In this document: one piece after another, positions 44,455 through 54,741 of the stretch
How positions within the stretch are numbered: the stretch's first letter is position 1
How the letters are laid out: each line of letters opens with the position of its first letter
IMG/VR virus record: IMGVR_UViG_3300032307_000505
Location: 18,786-82,785 of that record
Length of the DNA: 64,000 nucleotides
From: a virus
Taxonomy: Duplodnaviria > Heunggongvirae > Uroviricota > Caudoviricetes
Strand: one strand, 5' to 3'
Made by a program: the position numbers and the translations under genes
Notes under the pieces: generated by a model
Databases searched by the model: none
Told to the model about the DNA's origin: nothing
What the model saw: the letters and a program-made list of their open reading frames with translations, nothing else

Positions 44455-45644
44455 ATAATATAGACAAACAATACCAAGCACTATTACAAGACATCCTTGA
44501 TAATGGTGTGGAGAAAAAAGACAGAACCGGAACGGGAACAATCTCTGTGTTCGGAAGACAAATCAGACACAAAATGTCAGAAGGTTTCCCATTACTTACA
44601 ACCAAAAAGATGCCGTGGAAATCAATCGTCACAGAACTTCTTTGGTTCTTACGAGGTGACACTAACATCAAATTTTTATTGGATTATAATTGTCACATAT
44701 GGAATGGTGATGCTTATAAGAATTATGAGAAGGAATGGATGAAAGAGAACCCTCCATTTGCAGGACCTTATACAGACCCTTGTTTAACAATGGAGGAATT
44801 CATCAACAAAATAAAAACAGATGGTGAGTTTGCTAAAGAGTGGGGTGAGTTAGGTCCAATTTATGGTAAACAATGGAGAAAGTGGTCACCTGAAGCTGGT
44901 GAAAATAATAAAGGAGGAGTAGACCAAATCCAAAATCTAATCAACGACCTTAACACAAATCCAGACTCAAGACGATTAATGGTTAATGCTTGGAATGTTG
45001 GAGAATTGAACCAAATGGTTCTTCCACCCTGTCATTATGGATTTCAAGTTTATACAAGAGAGTTAAGTATGGAAGAAAGATGGAAGATGGCAAATCTAAC
45101 ACCAAATATGTCAGAGTTTGATTATTGTAACAGATTATGTGACGAAAACAATGTTCCTAAACGAGCAATCTCCTTAATGTGGAATCAACGAAGTGTAGAT
45201 ACATTCTTAGGTTTACCATTCAACATTGCTTCTTATGGGTTGTTATTGGAGATACTTGCAAAAGAAGTTAATATGATTCCGGATGAGTTGATTGGAAATC
45301 TTGGTGATGTTCATCTTTATTCAAATCACGTTGAACAGGCCAAAGAACAAATTGGACGAGATTTAACTGATGAGGAAAGATATAATATTTGGTTTAATAA
45401 TAATTACGAAACAGGAATGGAAAGATATTTTAATCCAAATGATTTACCGGATTTTGATAATAACTATTACACCTCAACACCAAAAAGAACAAGAGAACCT
45501 TATGAGTTACCGAGAATAGAACTTACTGGTTCTTGGAAATTTTCATCATCATCTCCGTGTTTTGGTGACACAATTCAACATAAGGATATTAATTTGGTGG
45601 ATTACAAATCACATTCAGAAATTAAAGCACCTTTAAGTAATTAA
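44451..45644 (+). CDS. ThyA-family pyrimidine C5-methylase/hydroxymethylase with two large insertions
   Basis: DRTGTGT, ELLWFLRGDTNI, GPIYGKQWRKW, catalytic PPCHYGFQ, FLGLPFNIASYGLL, DVHLYSNHVEQ, C-terminal KAPLSN. About 37 aa inserted after the catalytic Cys and a long insertion before the C-terminus (397 aa versus about 264 for classic ThyA). Confidence 0.7.
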   Translation: MNNIDKQYQALLQDILDNGVEKKDRTGTGTISVFGRQIRHKMSEGFPLLTTKKMPWKSIVTELLWFLRGDTNIKFLLDYNCHIWNGDAYKNYEKEWMKENPPFAGPYTDPCLTMEEFINKIKTDGEFAKEWGELGPIYGKQWRKWSPEAGENNKGGVDQIQNLINDLNTNPDSRRLMVNAWNVGELNQMVLPPCHYGFQVYTRELSMEERWKMANLTPNMSEFDYCNRLCDENNVPKRAISLMWNQRSVDTFLGLPFNIASYGLLLEILAKEVNMIPDELIGNLGDVHLYSNHVEQAKEQIGRDLTDEERYNIWFNNNYETGMERYFNPNDLPDFDNNYYTSTPKRTREPYELPRIELTGSWKFSSSSPCFGDTIQHKDINLVDYKSHSEIKAPLSN

Positions 45645-45645
45645 T

Positions 45646-45912
45646 ATGAAAAGTCCATTAACCGGAAAAGAAATGAAATTAGTGTCAGAACCATCCACAA
45701 TGGATTATAAAGGAAAGACATATAATGTGATTCACCATCATTATCTGTGTGAATTAACAAACGAAGAATTCACAACAACCGAGTTGGATGAAATGAATTT
45801 ATTAGAACTAAACAAACAAGTCAAACTTGATTTTTTAGACCAATTTGCAACAACTGAAGGAAAAATTAACATATCAACCTTATACGAAGGTAAAGATAAA
45901 CAAACAATATGA
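45646..45912 (+). CDS. hypothetical small protein
   Basis: 88 aa. Confidence 0.4.
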   Translation: MKSPLTGKEMKLVSEPSTMDYKGKTYNVIHHHYLCELTNEEFTTTELDEMNLLELNKQVKLDFLDQFATTEGKINISTLYEGKDKQTI

Positions 45913-46094
45913 ACGAAGCAACAGAATTTGAAATAATGAGAACGTTACACACGTTTTTTATAAAAGATTTAATGAGTTGGGAAATGGTTGAAGAATACTT
46001 AATCGCTAGTTCACAAATAGAATTAACATTCATGAACGAGTTACGAATTGAAGGAGAATCATTAGATGGTAAAACCAAATATGAAATTGGTTAA
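45909..46094 (+). CDS. hypothetical small protein
   Basis: 61 aa; ATGA overlap. Confidence 0.3.
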   Translation: MNEATEFEIMRTLHTFFIKDLMSWEMVEEYLIASSQIELTFMNELRIEGESLDGKTKYEIG

Positions 46095-46744
46095 TGAAAA
46101 GTCATGTATAATTGAACAATTTTTGTCGCCAATTTACTAATAGTTCGATTAACATCATCTAAATCAATCTCTTTACCTTTAGATTCCATCCATTTAATAG
46201 TTCCATGAACCATTATGTCTTTCGCCCTTTCAGCATTATCAAGAACATCTTGGAAGTCTTCATCGTCTTCCAAGTTTTCCCCATAATATCTATCAATCCA
46301 TTTTTTTCCTGAATATAAAAATGGACCTGATTGAAACATATTAACAGGGCCAGCCTTTTTAATTTTTAAAAGATATTCTTTTAAAAATCTCCAATCAAAA
46401 TTTTCAAATATATCGGAATTTTTACTAAAAAAATCATATTCATTACTACCGGTCTGTTCTTCAATTGTTTTTCCCTTAGATTTTTTCCAAGCGTCAGTTG
46501 CACTAACAAGAGATAAAGAACTCCCATTATCCCAATCAACACTAATTATAATATCTTCTCCATTTGGTTCAAATGGGTCTTTTTGAATTTTAGTTACCTT
46601 ACCTTCGGTTCCGGGAGGAACTGAAGTTTCACCATCCATATGATAACATATTACTCTATCGCCAACTTCTAAAGTCGGATTTAACATTCCTTTCATAATT
46701 ATAAATATAATCAACATATTTATTAGTATGGAATTTTTAATCAC
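46091..46744 (-). CDS. hypothetical protein
   Basis: 217 aa, N-terminal hydrophobic segment. Confidence 0.45.
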   Translation of the reverse strand: MIKNSILINMLIIFIIMKGMLNPTLEVGDRVICYHMDGETSVPPGTEGKVTKIQKDPFEPNGEDIIISVDWDNGSSLSLVSATDAWKKSKGKTIEEQTGSNEYDFFSKNSDIFENFDWRFLKEYLLKIKKAGPVNMFQSGPFLYSGKKWIDRYYGENLEDDEDFQDVLDNAERAKDIMVHGTIKWMESKGKEIDLDDVNRTISKLATKIVQLYMTFH

Positions 46745-47348
46745 AGAAACTCAATTAAAGTCAATATTAAACGAAGAACATGGAAATCGTTTAACTGATT
46801 CAATAAAAATATTGAATGAATACACCATTAATTTAGTAAAAAAACTTAAAACATTTTATAATTTAAATTTTAAAATGTTATTAACGTGGGGAGCATCTGT
46901 TGGTGGTTTAATGATACCATTAGATAATTTTATAAAATCCGGTAATTTTAGTTTAAATGAAAGAGAAGAAATACTAATATTAGGTGCGGTTGCATCAATA
47001 TTGTTTTCTGAAAACAAAAAAAACATAGACACTTTATTAAAAAAAATAAATGAAGATGGGTTATCAGATGTATTTCAAATTATATTAAACAAAGGAGAAG
47101 AATTAAAATCTTCTTTTGTTAATTTTTTGAAATCACTTAAAGTAAGCGTTGGTAGTTTTATGGAAATGACAGCATATGCGTTTTTAATCCCTATTCTATT
47201 TGATGTCCTTAGTGTTGCTGACAAATCAACTAGTATTCGTCAAGGTTCTTTATTGATTGCAGAAAGAATCTTAGCGTCGGGATTAGTTTTTATTGCAAAA
47301 GAGGCAATCTATAATGTTATTAGAAAAATAATTAAACGAGTAAGTTAA
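46728..47348 (+). CDS. hypothetical membrane protein
   Basis: 206 aa with several hydrophobic helices. Confidence 0.45.
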   Translation: MEFLITETQLKSILNEEHGNRLTDSIKILNEYTINLVKKLKTFYNLNFKMLLTWGASVGGLMIPLDNFIKSGNFSLNEREEILILGAVASILFSENKKNIDTLLKKINEDGLSDVFQIILNKGEELKSSFVNFLKSLKVSVGSFMEMTAYAFLIPILFDVLSVADKSTSIRQGSLLIAERILASGLVFIAKEAIYNVIRKIIKRVS

Positions 47349-48323
47349 CTATATTTCTTCTAATATTTTTTGAATAACTCTCTCTTGTTGTTCAGGATTT
47401 AACTCGTGTTTGTGTGGATTTTTTTTAAACCAATTTCTAACTACAGTTTCAAAATCTAATTTTATTGTTTTAGATTTTTTCTTGAATCCGGCTCTTTGAG
47501 CTTCTAACTCCTGTTGTTGTGTATAATATTTCTCAGGGTCCTTTTCTTCTTCTTCGGGAGACTCATAACCTTCATCATGTTGTTTAACATGTTCTAATTC
47601 ATGACGAATAAGTTCATTTAATTCGTGAGTTAATTCATCTAAAATAGAATTTCCTGCATTTGGATTTGATATAATTGTAACTATTATATCATCATCATCG
47701 TAACGTAATTCAGCGTCAGCATCAACAGTCTCCACATCATCACTTAACTCTAAGTTTAATTTAATAACAAACCCTTCAATTCCTCGATAAGTATAAACCA
47801 TCTCACCTCCATCAATATCTTCGGGTAAGGTGAACTCACCTTCTCGTTGATATTTGAAAAAACGTATGATATCTCTTACCAATATTCTGGTTAGTTTATC
47901 TAATTTCCCTTCCATAATTAAGTTTTCATTTATATTATTACTAGTTTCATTAATCACTTTTGTACAAATCACAGGATTTTCAACACCCCAATACAATAAA
48001 AATCTTTGTAATTGGTCACTTATTCGATTATTCAAAATATAAAAAGTCATATTTTGATTATCTAATTCAAGTTCATTGTGACCTCTCATTAACAAACCTG
48101 CAAGAGTATTCATCATTGGACTTGAAGGTTGGATAAAAGTTGTATAGGTGATAAATGTCATTTTATCCCCCGCACGATACATTTCTTTAGTACCCGTAAT
48201 TTGAACTTTTACAACCGCGTACATATCTCTAGGAGCCACATCACCCAAAGGGTCGTTAACTCTAAACTCATGTTGAGTTAAAAATTCATTAAGTCGTTTT
48301 ATCGGTAATTCTAATTCTTCCAT
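47349..48323 (-). CDS. hypothetical protein with HExxH motif
   Basis: IRHELEHVKQH contains HELEH; otherwise unrecognised; acidic. Confidence 0.45.
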   Translation of the reverse strand: MEELELPIKRLNEFLTQHEFRVNDPLGDVAPRDMYAVVKVQITGTKEMYRAGDKMTFITYTTFIQPSSPMMNTLAGLLMRGHNELELDNQNMTFYILNNRISDQLQRFLLYWGVENPVICTKVINETSNNINENLIMEGKLDKLTRILVRDIIRFFKYQREGEFTLPEDIDGGEMVYTYRGIEGFVIKLNLELSDDVETVDADAELRYDDDDIIVTIISNPNAGNSILDELTHELNELIRHELEHVKQHDEGYESPEEEEKDPEKYYTQQQELEAQRAGFKKKSKTIKLDFETVVRNWFKKNPHKHELNPEQQERVIQKILEEI

Positions 48324-48335
48324 TATTCATAAATA

Positions 48336-48761
48336 CTACCGAAATGGAATTACTACTCCGACACCATATCTAAACCCTTCCATGTAGTTAACACCAACTA
48401 CAAAATCAAATCCTCGGTCAGTATCAGTTAAAATCCTCAAAGGATAAACCTTAAACCAAACATCCGGTTTAAACTTAACCTCTTCAATATAAGTTTCAAT
48501 AAAAACACCACCCATTAAACTTACTTTGTTAGTAGTTAAACTAACTCCCACACGATTCAACATTGACATTGGAGTCGTGTAAATATAGGGTTCAGGTAAT
48601 GTTGTTGTAATATAACCCCCAACATAAAGACCAACGGGTGTGTGGGTATAATTATAAGTTGCAACAATCGTATTTTGGTCCGGAACATACATTAAATCCG
48701 CATCCTGAGACATTCCCATAAATGGAATGATTAAAAATAAAAGTGAGGTTATTGTTTTCAT
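48336..48761 (-). CDS. secreted hypothetical protein (beta-rich)
   Basis: Signal peptide MKTITSLLFLIIPFMGMSQ; alternating hydrophobic pattern. Confidence 0.45.
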   Translation of the reverse strand: MKTITSLLFLIIPFMGMSQDADLMYVPDQNTIVATYNYTHTPVGLYVGGYITTTLPEPYIYTTPMSMLNRVGVSLTTNKVSLMGGVFIETYIEEVKFKPDVWFKVYPLRILTDTDRGFDFVVGVNYMEGFRYGVGVVIPFR

Positions 48762-48812
48762 AGAGCAAATTTATTACATTTATTTCAATCAACAAAATAA
48801 AAAAGAAAAAAT

Positions 48813-49034
48813 ATGGACAAAAATTTGTATGAAATGTTAAAGACATCTGCAGAAGCAGATAAAACCAAAGCTATTTTGAGTTTAAAATTATTAGGTAAAA
48901 ACGCTGTTGGTATTGGTGACCACTCAACCGGGGATTTTTATAAAAACGCTGAAGAGGCATTATCTATGTTGTCAGATGCTGATGATAGATTAGAGACTTT
49001 GGAAAAGTATTACTGGGATAAATTGACAGAGTAA
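48813..49034 (+). CDS. hypothetical small protein
   Basis: 73 aa. Confidence 0.4.
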   Translation: MDKNLYEMLKTSAEADKTKAILSLKLLGKNAVGIGDHSTGDFYKNAEEALSMLSDADDRLETLEKYYWDKLTE

Positions 49035-49065
49035 AAATAAAATTATATAATTAATAAAAAAAGTT

Positions 49066-50226
49066 ATGTCAAAAATCGCAGAAATTAAAAAACAGTATCC
49101 TGAGTTAAACATATCAATAATCGATTTGTTTTCAAAAATGGATAGTACCAAAACAAACAAATACTTACCTTTAATGTGTAAATTACTTTCATCAAGATTC
49201 CAAGTGAATAAAATATGGAACAAAGATAGTGAAGAAAGTGAAATGAATCATATTAAAGAAAGATTGGACCTTATGGGTTTAAATTATAATGGTATATCAA
49301 ATAATGAAATTTACGCTCATTATTGTTTATCAGACCATTTCTCTAATGAAGATTTAAAACTTTTATCATTATTTCAAAAATATAATGAAAGAGGTTTAAT
49401 ACCAAATAAAGATATTACTTCTTACCAAAATTTTGAACAAATCATGTCATCTGTTGGATTGGCATCTCTAAAAGAAGATGAGAAAGAATTAAGGTCTCAA
49501 ATTATTAGAGAACACGACGACGAAACTTGGTTGGCATTAAGACCACTAACATTTGGAGCATCATCTAAGTACGGAGCTGCAACTAAATGGTGTACAACTT
49601 ACCAAAATGATAAACAGTATTTTGAAAGATATTGGAAAAGAGGTATTTTAGTTTATTTTATTAATAAAATCACCGGATTAAAATTTGCTGTATTCAAAGC
49701 TCTTGATGGAGACCGAGAATTAAGCTTTTGGAACGCTGCGGACCAAAGAGTTGATTTCTTGGAATTAGACGTAGACGATTATATGCTCCCAGTTATTAAA
49801 CAAATTTTGAAATCGGAAGAAACCAATAGAGATTTATCTTCAACTAAAATTAGAACTCAAGTTCGTCAAGAATGTGGTCGTTCTATGGAAAAATCATTAG
49901 TTCAAGAAGATAGATATGAGGTGGAAAGACCAATGATGGAAGAAGCTATTCCACAAATTAATTTTGAAATGACAGAAAGAGAGGTTGAACCTCGAGTTGT
50001 TCAATTAAGACCTTTGGGTAGAGAAATCCGAGAAGAGATGAACAATGTCATGGAAGAAATTGGTGAAGATATGACTGAAGAAAATATTTCACCTCTTAGA
50101 AGACGAATTCAAAATCTTAGAGAATCGATGGGAATAAGATTACAAAACATTGAAATCGGAGGAGCCCATCAAGTTGGTGAAGAAATCGGTTACGAAGAAG
50201 ATTGCCGAGATGGTGGAGGAATGTAA
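49066..50226 (+). CDS. hypothetical protein
   Basis: 386 aa, C-terminal Glu/Arg-rich region. Confidence 0.5.
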   Translation: MSKIAEIKKQYPELNISIIDLFSKMDSTKTNKYLPLMCKLLSSRFQVNKIWNKDSEESEMNHIKERLDLMGLNYNGISNNEIYAHYCLSDHFSNEDLKLLSLFQKYNERGLIPNKDITSYQNFEQIMSSVGLASLKEDEKELRSQIIREHDDETWLALRPLTFGASSKYGAATKWCTTYQNDKQYFERYWKRGILVYFINKITGLKFAVFKALDGDRELSFWNAADQRVDFLELDVDDYMLPVIKQILKSEETNRDLSSTKIRTQVRQECGRSMEKSLVQEDRYEVERPMMEEAIPQINFEMTEREVEPRVVQLRPLGREIREEMNNVMEEIGEDMTEENISPLRRRIQNLRESMGIRLQNIEIGGAHQVGEEIGYEEDCRDGGGM

Positions 50227-50227
50227 A

Positions 50228-50262
50228 GAAAAAAAAAAATACCCCTAATTGGGGTATTTTTT
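50228..50262. terminator. bidirectional terminator hairpin
   Basis: A10 TACCCC taatt GGGGTA T8 between convergent genes. Confidence 0.65.
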
Positions 50263-50538
50263 TTATATTATTTCTTCAATCTCAACCACTAATTTACCGT
50301 CTCCTTTTATTACTCGATGCCAATTAAGTTTTGGTATGAAAAGTTCGTCGTTATTTAACAAATCAATCGGCAATGATTCATCCATTTGAAATTTCCAACC
50401 ACCACCTTCAACTATGGTTACCTTTCTATCATTTAAATCTTGATGCCATTTCAATTCTTCATCTTCAACATCAGGGAAGAAAGTCCTAACTAATTTACCT
50501 TCTTTTTCTATTTGTTCAAACGGAAAATCCATTACCAA
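50263..50538 (-). CDS. hypothetical small protein
   Basis: 91 aa. Confidence 0.4.
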   Translation of the reverse strand: MVMDFPFEQIEKEGKLVRTFFPDVEDEELKWHQDLNDRKVTIVEGGGWKFQMDESLPIDLLNNDELFIPKLNWHRVIKGDGKLVVEIEEII

Positions 50539-51158
50539 GAGTTTGAAGAAGAAAGACCTAATTGTTTGGCATATCGTCCAACATTACACGACCAATAACC
50601 CGCAGTTGTTCTATCTTTCTTTTGGTCACATTTATGTCTCGCTCTAAACGATTTCGCAGCGCCCTTATTTTTATTTTTAATTTTTAAATTAGGGTCTCCA
50701 AAAGTAACTTTTTTAATTCCACCACCAGGTGTTTTAACATAAACCGCAAATTTCTTAGGACCTCCGGGAGTTCTTTTAGGTTTATTCAATTCAACCTTTT
50801 TCCCTCTATGCATCGCCTCTTGTAAAATATCTTCCTCAGTCTCAGTTTCGTAAATATAAGGAGCATCCAAATAAACATACTCTTTACCCACTTTAACTTT
50901 AATACCTAAGTCAGACTCAACCATCATTCTATCTTCTTCGTTAAGGTCTATTTTACCTTCATTCCATAGTTTTCTAACCTCATTAACTAAATCAAAATAT
51001 TTTTGAGAATATGCTCGATAAATGTTATCGGTCAAAGATACTCCCTCATTAATATGATAGGATAATGATTCAGAAATTTTGATATCCTCTTTTAATATTA
51101 AAGTCTTATCTAAGTGAGACTCTAATGTTTCTTTAATTATTTCTCTTAAATTATTCAT
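50532..51158 (-). CDS. hypothetical protein
   Basis: 208 aa; basic C-terminal half with CD..C pair (HKCDQKKDRTTAGYWSC). Confidence 0.45.
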   Translation of the reverse strand: MNNLREIIKETLESHLDKTLILKEDIKISESLSYHINEGVSLTDNIYRAYSQKYFDLVNEVRKLWNEGKIDLNEEDRMMVESDLGIKVKVGKEYVYLDAPYIYETETEEDILQEAMHRGKKVELNKPKRTPGGPKKFAVYVKTPGGGIKKVTFGDPNLKIKNKNKGAAKSFRARHKCDQKKDRTTAGYWSCNVGRYAKQLGLSSSNSW

Positions 51159-51186
51159 ACATTCTATTTTATAATAAATACTTCAA

Positions 51187-51645
51187 TTATTGTTGTTGTA
51201 AACTACGATAATACTTAATCATGTTTTCACAATGTCTAATTAACCAATCTTCAACTAAAGGTATTTTTTTTAGGAAATCTAATTCATACTGATAACACAA
51301 AATCTCCTCAACCCTTTCATCTAAAAATATGTTATTATTCCTATAATATAAATGTTTTGATTCATGAATTATTATTGCAGATAAATTATTAATATTACCT
51401 GATTGAATGTCTTGTTTAGATATCAATATAACATCATTACCTTCAGTGGTCGAAAACTTATTATTCCAAAACCCGATTCGTTTGCAATGTTTAAGAACTA
51501 CGTTGTACTTAGATGAGTCAACTTTTTGAATCACTTCCAAACTTTTTTCAACATTCTTTTTCCACCCTTCTCCAACATCGTCAATGACTATTTGTGAAAA
51601 CGATTGAATGGAAAATAACAACGTTAATAATATGATAATTCTCAT
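51187..51645 (-). CDS. secreted protein with HExxH motif
   Basis: Signal peptide MRIIILLTLLFSIQSFSQ; IIHESKHL (HExxH). Confidence 0.4.
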   Translation of the reverse strand: MRIIILLTLLFSIQSFSQIVIDDVGEGWKKNVEKSLEVIQKVDSSKYNVVLKHCKRIGFWNNKFSTTEGNDVILISKQDIQSGNINNLSAIIIHESKHLYYRNNNIFLDERVEEILCYQYELDFLKKIPLVEDWLIRHCENMIKYYRSLQQQ

Positions 51646-51733
51646 GTTTTTTTATAAATAAATACCATAAATAAGGTGCCGAACTTTAATAAGAATATTT
51701 ATAGGTAATAAATTACCAAGATATTATTAAACT

Positions 51734-53617
51734 ATGAAAAAACTTTTTATGGTGTTGTCATTCCTTGTAATGACATCGCTGGGTTATTCCCAAATTTGTC
51801 CGACACCGACAACTACCGGAGTTTTTGTTACATTAGACGCGACCTATCAATTAGCACCGGCATCCGCAGGTAATACTGAAGTAGGGTTATGTTTTTTTAA
51901 CAACACTACGGAGTTAGTTACGGCTGTTCAGTTTCGAGTGTTTTATGATACCGCAGCTTTCACATCAGTGTCTTCTGTTGTATCGTCAAATACATCGTTT
52001 CCTCAATATATTCAATTTCAGGATAGTCCTGCTAATGGATATGTTACGATTACTCTAACTTATACAGGTAATGATTCCAATTTTGAATTATCAGATGGGT
52101 CATTTGTAAAATTAAATTTAGTACACTCAGCAAATTTCGCGAGTTTGTCGTCTGTTCAACCCATGACATTTAGTGGTGTTCAAACATTCCCACAAACTGC
52201 AACAAAACAAAATGGTTCTGATTACTCTTTAAATTTACAAAACTTTGGTGGAGCATTTTTACCTCAACTATTTTCGTTTAGTGGTACATTCACTAACGTA
52301 ACAGGAACGGGGTCAAAATTAATTCCGGTTATTTTAGAGAAAAAATTAATGACATCTTCGACTTGGGTTCAAGCGTCAACAACACAAACAAATAACGATG
52401 GTGTTTTCACATTTACGGATGTACCATTAGACGTTACAAGTTATGACGTTCGTATTAGAGTACAAGGTGAATCACTATCAATTGCGAATATCATTTCAAC
52501 ATCTGACTCACAAAAAATCAACAGATTTGTTTTAGGTCAAGATACTCCGACAGGATTTGATTTCTATTCATCTGATGTTAATGGTGACAACAACATATCA
52601 ATTTCTGATGTATATGGTGTGTTTGGTAGAGTATCAGGAAGATTTAGTTCTTGGCCTAATACGGTTAAAGACGTTAAATTCTTCTCAGATTCAGAATACG
52701 CTTCTATTAATGGTGCAACATCGTCTTTACAATCAACAATCCCTGGAGTAACAAATCTTGTTTACAATATTTTACCGGGTACAACAACAGTAACTTTCTA
52801 TGTATTAGTTAAAGGAGATGCTAATGGTACCGGATTCAACATGGCTCGTATGACACCAATTGAAATTGTAAACCCATTAAATGCACCATCAAATATCATT
52901 GACGTAACAACAACTTATGACAACCCATCATTACAAACAATTGAATTAAACTATCCAAGTTTAACTGTAAATGAAAATAGTCAAGTTGATGTTCCTGTTC
53001 TTGTAAAAACAAATGGTGTTCAATTAGGTTCTCTACAACTAGCATTAAACTACAATAGTACTCTATTAGATTTTAGAGGTGTTAGAGCTGAGAATAAAGT
53101 TAGTGGATGGATAACTTATGTTAACACAAATGATAATATTGTTGAGTGGGGTGGTTATGACCCGACAAAAAATACAAAATTATTAAATGACAACGAATTA
53201 GCGTTCACACTACAATTCACGGCAAAAGAGATTCAAACTCAGTGGGGAGTAAGTCCTTTATATGTTACAAAAAAATTCTCAGGAAATTCAATTGCTAAAG
53301 ATTTGAAGATAATACCTACAAATGGAATTATTCAAATCATGAGAGTGATGAGACCAACTGAATTGGGTTATATGACAACATATCCAAACCCAACCGATGA
53401 TAATATTACTGTTCAGTTTACAGTAGAAAAAGAAGGTAATGTTTGGTTATCACTATATGACTTGGGTGGTAGAGAAATTAAAACAATTGTTCAAAATGAT
53501 TTAAATCCTGGAGAACACAGATACAGTACAAATGTTGGTTACCTTCCTTCAGGGACTTACATAGTTACTCTTAAAAAAGGTACGGAAACACAATCTAATA
53601 AGATTATCCGTAAATAA
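51734..53617 (+). CDS. large secreted protein with T9SS type-A C-terminal sorting domain
   Basis: Signal peptide MKKLFMVLSFLVMTSLGYSQ. C-terminal 80 aa (YPNPTDDNITVQF...GNVWLSLYDLGGREI...LPSGTYIVTLKKG...KIIRK) fit the T9SS CTD pattern. Body Thr/Ser/Val/Asn-rich. Confidence 0.65.
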   Translation: MKKLFMVLSFLVMTSLGYSQICPTPTTTGVFVTLDATYQLAPASAGNTEVGLCFFNNTTELVTAVQFRVFYDTAAFTSVSSVVSSNTSFPQYIQFQDSPANGYVTITLTYTGNDSNFELSDGSFVKLNLVHSANFASLSSVQPMTFSGVQTFPQTATKQNGSDYSLNLQNFGGAFLPQLFSFSGTFTNVTGTGSKLIPVILEKKLMTSSTWVQASTTQTNNDGVFTFTDVPLDVTSYDVRIRVQGESLSIANIISTSDSQKINRFVLGQDTPTGFDFYSSDVNGDNNISISDVYGVFGRVSGRFSSWPNTVKDVKFFSDSEYASINGATSSLQSTIPGVTNLVYNILPGTTTVTFYVLVKGDANGTGFNMARMTPIEIVNPLNAPSNIIDVTTTYDNPSLQTIELNYPSLTVNENSQVDVPVLVKTNGVQLGSLQLALNYNSTLLDFRGVRAENKVSGWITYVNTNDNIVEWGGYDPTKNTKLLNDNELAFTLQFTAKEIQTQWGVSPLYVTKKFSGNSIAKDLKIIPTNGIIQIMRVMRPTELGYMTTYPNPTDDNITVQFTVEKEGNVWLSLYDLGGREIKTIVQNDLNPGEHRYSTNVGYLPSGTYIVTLKKGTETQSNKIIRK

Positions 53618-53684
53618 TTTATGGTGTCACAATTCGTGACACCGAAGCCTATAGAAGGAAATAAACAATTAAAATTAAATTAAA

Positions 53685-54023
53685 ATGTCAGAAGAAACAC
53701 AAGAAACACAAAATGATGGTACTTGGTCAGGATTAAAGAAAACTATAATTGGTACACTTACCACAGTTATTGGTGGTGGTGGTATATGGTTATCAACACA
53801 ATTATTTGGAGGTCATAGTGATGAAGAAGAAACTAAAACAGAACAAGTTGCACAACCTGCCGCGGCACCTGTAGTTATCAATCTACAAAACAACAACACA
53901 AACCAACAAAAACAACAAAACAATGGTGGTGGTACTAACACAATCATCAGAGAAAAAGTTATAGAAAAACCTGCGGCACAACCAGCACCGGCTAAACCAA
54001 AAGAAGAGGAAGACCCTTGGTAG
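53685..54023 (+). CDS. small membrane protein, Q/N-rich
   Basis: TM helix (IIGTLTTVIGGGGIWLSTQLFGG), Gln/Asn-rich segment, Pro/Ala tail; its stop overlaps the start of the CsgG-like gene. Confidence 0.45.
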   Translation: MSEETQETQNDGTWSGLKKTIIGTLTTVIGGGGIWLSTQLFGGHSDEEETKTEQVAQPAAAPVVINLQNNNTNQQKQQNNGGGTNTIIREKVIEKPAAQPAPAKPKEEEDPW

Positions 54024-54024
54024 G

Positions 54025-54741
54025 ATGAAAAAGATAGTATTACTATTACCTTTTTTACTTTTTTCGTGCATTGGATTATCTCAAACAATCGGAACTATTA
54101 AAACTGAAGACTATAAAGCAGATTTTGAAAAAAAACAATCTTTAGATGTTGTTAGTGATTATAATGGTGATATTGTAATACCAATTCAAATATTAAAAAT
54201 TGGTATCAATGATGAGGTATATGAAATGTATCCTGAACTAAAAGATAAACGAGTAGGTCTTGGGGTTGCGAATATTGTATTAGAGTATTTGGAATCAACA
54301 GATAGGTTTAAATTCACTGAGGATAAAGCGGAAATCAAAAACAAAATGATTGCCCAAGATAAGGCATCTGATAAAGGAATTTCAAGTAATAAAATAGAAG
54401 TTAAAGGTAATGTAATTTTAGCTAACTATTTTGTTTACATAGAAGTTTATGATTTCAGTGTCTCAGAAGATGAAGTGATTAAAGGAAGTGAAGGTGCTAA
54501 AATAACTCAAACAACTCGTTTAGGTTTACAGATTAGATTTGTCGATGCCCAAACGGGGGAAGTTATAACCGGTAGTGGGTTAGGTGAGTCTAACACAGTG
54601 AAAACATCATCGTTATTAGATGATGTTGATGAAATTAAATTTAACCAATCAACAATTGGTATATCAACAAAAAAATCGTTAGAAACCGCATCTTCAAGAG
54701 TTGTTTCTAAATTAATTAAAAAAGGAGTTTTTAAAGAATAA
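54025..54741 (+). CDS. CsgG-family (curli-production/secretion channel-like) lipoprotein
   Basis: Lipoprotein signal MKKIVLLLPFLLFSC. VGLGVANIVLEYLESTDRFKFTEDKAEIKNKM and LGLQIRFVDAQTGEVITGSGLGESNTV align with remembered E. coli CsgG segments SATAMLVTALKDSRWFIPLERQGLQNLL and AVNLRVVNVSTGEILSSVNTSKTI. Confidence 0.55.
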   Translation: MKKIVLLLPFLLFSCIGLSQTIGTIKTEDYKADFEKKQSLDVVSDYNGDIVIPIQILKIGINDEVYEMYPELKDKRVGLGVANIVLEYLESTDRFKFTEDKAEIKNKMIAQDKASDKGISSNKIEVKGNVILANYFVYIEVYDFSVSEDEVIKGSEGAKITQTTRLGLQIRFVDAQTGEVITGSGLGESNTVKTSSLLDDVDEIKFNQSTIGISTKKSLETASSRVVSKLIKKGVFKE

